DNA of 33,641 bases from an uncultured Gammaproteobacteria bacterium (GTDB lineage: Bacteria > Patescibacteriota > Microgenomatia > PFEM01 > JAPLYW01). The notes below the pieces were generated by a model. That model made no database searches. It was not told the DNA's origin and saw nothing but the letters and a program-made list of their open reading frames with translations. This document shows, one piece after another, positions 33,134 through 33,641 of the stretch. Every line of letters begins with the position of its first letter. The first letter of the stretch is position 1. The position numbers were made by a program, and so were the translations under genes. The DNA is taken from the NCBI GenBank assembly GCA_965230945.1, contig OZ246397.1, positions 504,284 to 537,924 of the forward strand. The letters are read 5' to 3'.

Positions 33134-33641
33134 ATGAGTAAGATTGAGCAGTTCAAATTACATCTTTATCCAGAGCTTCCAGAGGAGAAGCCAACAGTCT
33201 ATTTAGATAGGATAAGAGTTGGTTCTTCAGCCATAGAAATACTTGAAGAAATAACCAAATGCTTTTCGGGTATAGAAAAATTTATGTACATTAAGTATGA
33301 TCCCTATCATTCATCTGGCTGTATTGATGATGACGATTCTTTTATTTATAGCGAGTTAGATAGCTACTCGATTTCCGCTGATAAGGTTAATAAAAAAAAT
33401 CTTCTTTCGATTTCAGACAATTTTTTTAAAAAAGAAAAAATCTTAGGAATAGCTTCAAAAGTAACTATGAAGGATGGTTCAGAGGCTCATATTCCCATGA
33501 TGGATTTCGGCTGTTCTATAGAGGAAGAAAATTTGGCTAAAATTGAACAAATAATGATTCCCTATCATGGATTCATTTTAGAATCTGGAAATTCCTATCA
33601 TTTCTGGGGAAGTCAATTAATGACAAAGAATAAATGGCAAG
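33134..33641 (+). CDS. Hypothetical protein, partial (runs off the window end)
   Basis: Not in the ORF track. ATG at 33134, 8 nt after the rpmB stop. The frame is open for 169 codons to the window end (checked codon by codon): MSKIEQFKLHLYPELPEEKPTVYLDRIRVG...EAHIPMMDFGCSIEE...GFILESGNSYHFWGSQLM. Confidence 0.6.
   Translation, partial: MSKIEQFKLHLYPELPEEKPTVYLDRIRVGSSAIEILEEITKCFSGIEKFMYIKYDPYHSSGCIDDDDSFIYSELDSYSISADKVNKKNLLSISDNFFKKEKILGIASKVTMKDGSEAHIPMMDFGCSIEEENLAKIEQIMIPYHGFILESGNSYHFWGSQLMTKNKWQ

Noticed and set aside
1-33641. Search for CRISPR arrays, IS elements or transposases, reverse transcriptases and rRNA genes.
   Set aside because: I saw no regularly spaced repeat-spacer structure, no transposase or RT motifs in any ORF, no terminal inverted repeats bracketing genes, and no rRNA-like conserved stretches.

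Overview
The window reads as a compact, AT-rich, gene-dense bacterial chromosome segment. It looks like a small-genome Patescibacteria/CPR-type organism. That guess rests on gene content and style (small tightly packed genes, comEA/comEC, a giant surface protein, Lys-rich extensions on ribosomal proteins) and I cannot verify it here.

Housekeeping content: leuS, argS, an M16 peptidase, mreB, the secE-nusG-rplK-rplA-rplJ-rplL cluster, galU, rpmB, rpmG, an M50 protease, comEA plus a split comEC, and seven tRNAs (Pro-CGG, Arg-CCT, Trp-CCA, Thr-GGT, Tyr-GTA, Thr-TGT).

The supplied ORF track misses three coding regions that I recovered by hand:
- A continuous minus-strand ORF fills 1..3912 and runs off the left edge (1304 codons). 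I checked every codon for stops.
- A plus-strand ORF runs from 33134 off the right edge.
- A 57-aa L33 gene (27474..27647) falls below the track's length cutoff.

Best candidate for something undescribed: the minus-strand operon at 1..4652. It encodes a 38-aa TM peptide, a 160-aa protein made only of repeated integrase core-binding (SAM-like) modules, and a giant single-pass membrane fibre protein. The giant protein carries the same module on its N-terminus, ahead of the TM helix and therefore probably cytoplasmic, followed by phage-tail-fibre-like repeats. No recombinase catalytic domain is present anywhere in the window. An 851-nt non-coding gap precedes the operon.

Secondary items:
- An AbiEii-type nucleotidyltransferase two-gene cassette bracketed by about 40-nt imperfect direct repeats, between leuS and comEA.
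- A 93%-identical 81-nt repeat, each copy followed by a sequence-divergent but structure-preserving hairpin, upstream of two small genes.
- A promoter-to-terminator candidate sRNA next to tRNA-Thr.
- An HTH plus LAGLIDADG-like protein abutting tRNA-Tyr.
- Interruption of the usual tRNA-Trp/rpmG/secE/nusG arrangement by about 4.5 kb.

No CRISPR array, transposase, integrase catalytic domain or rRNA was seen.
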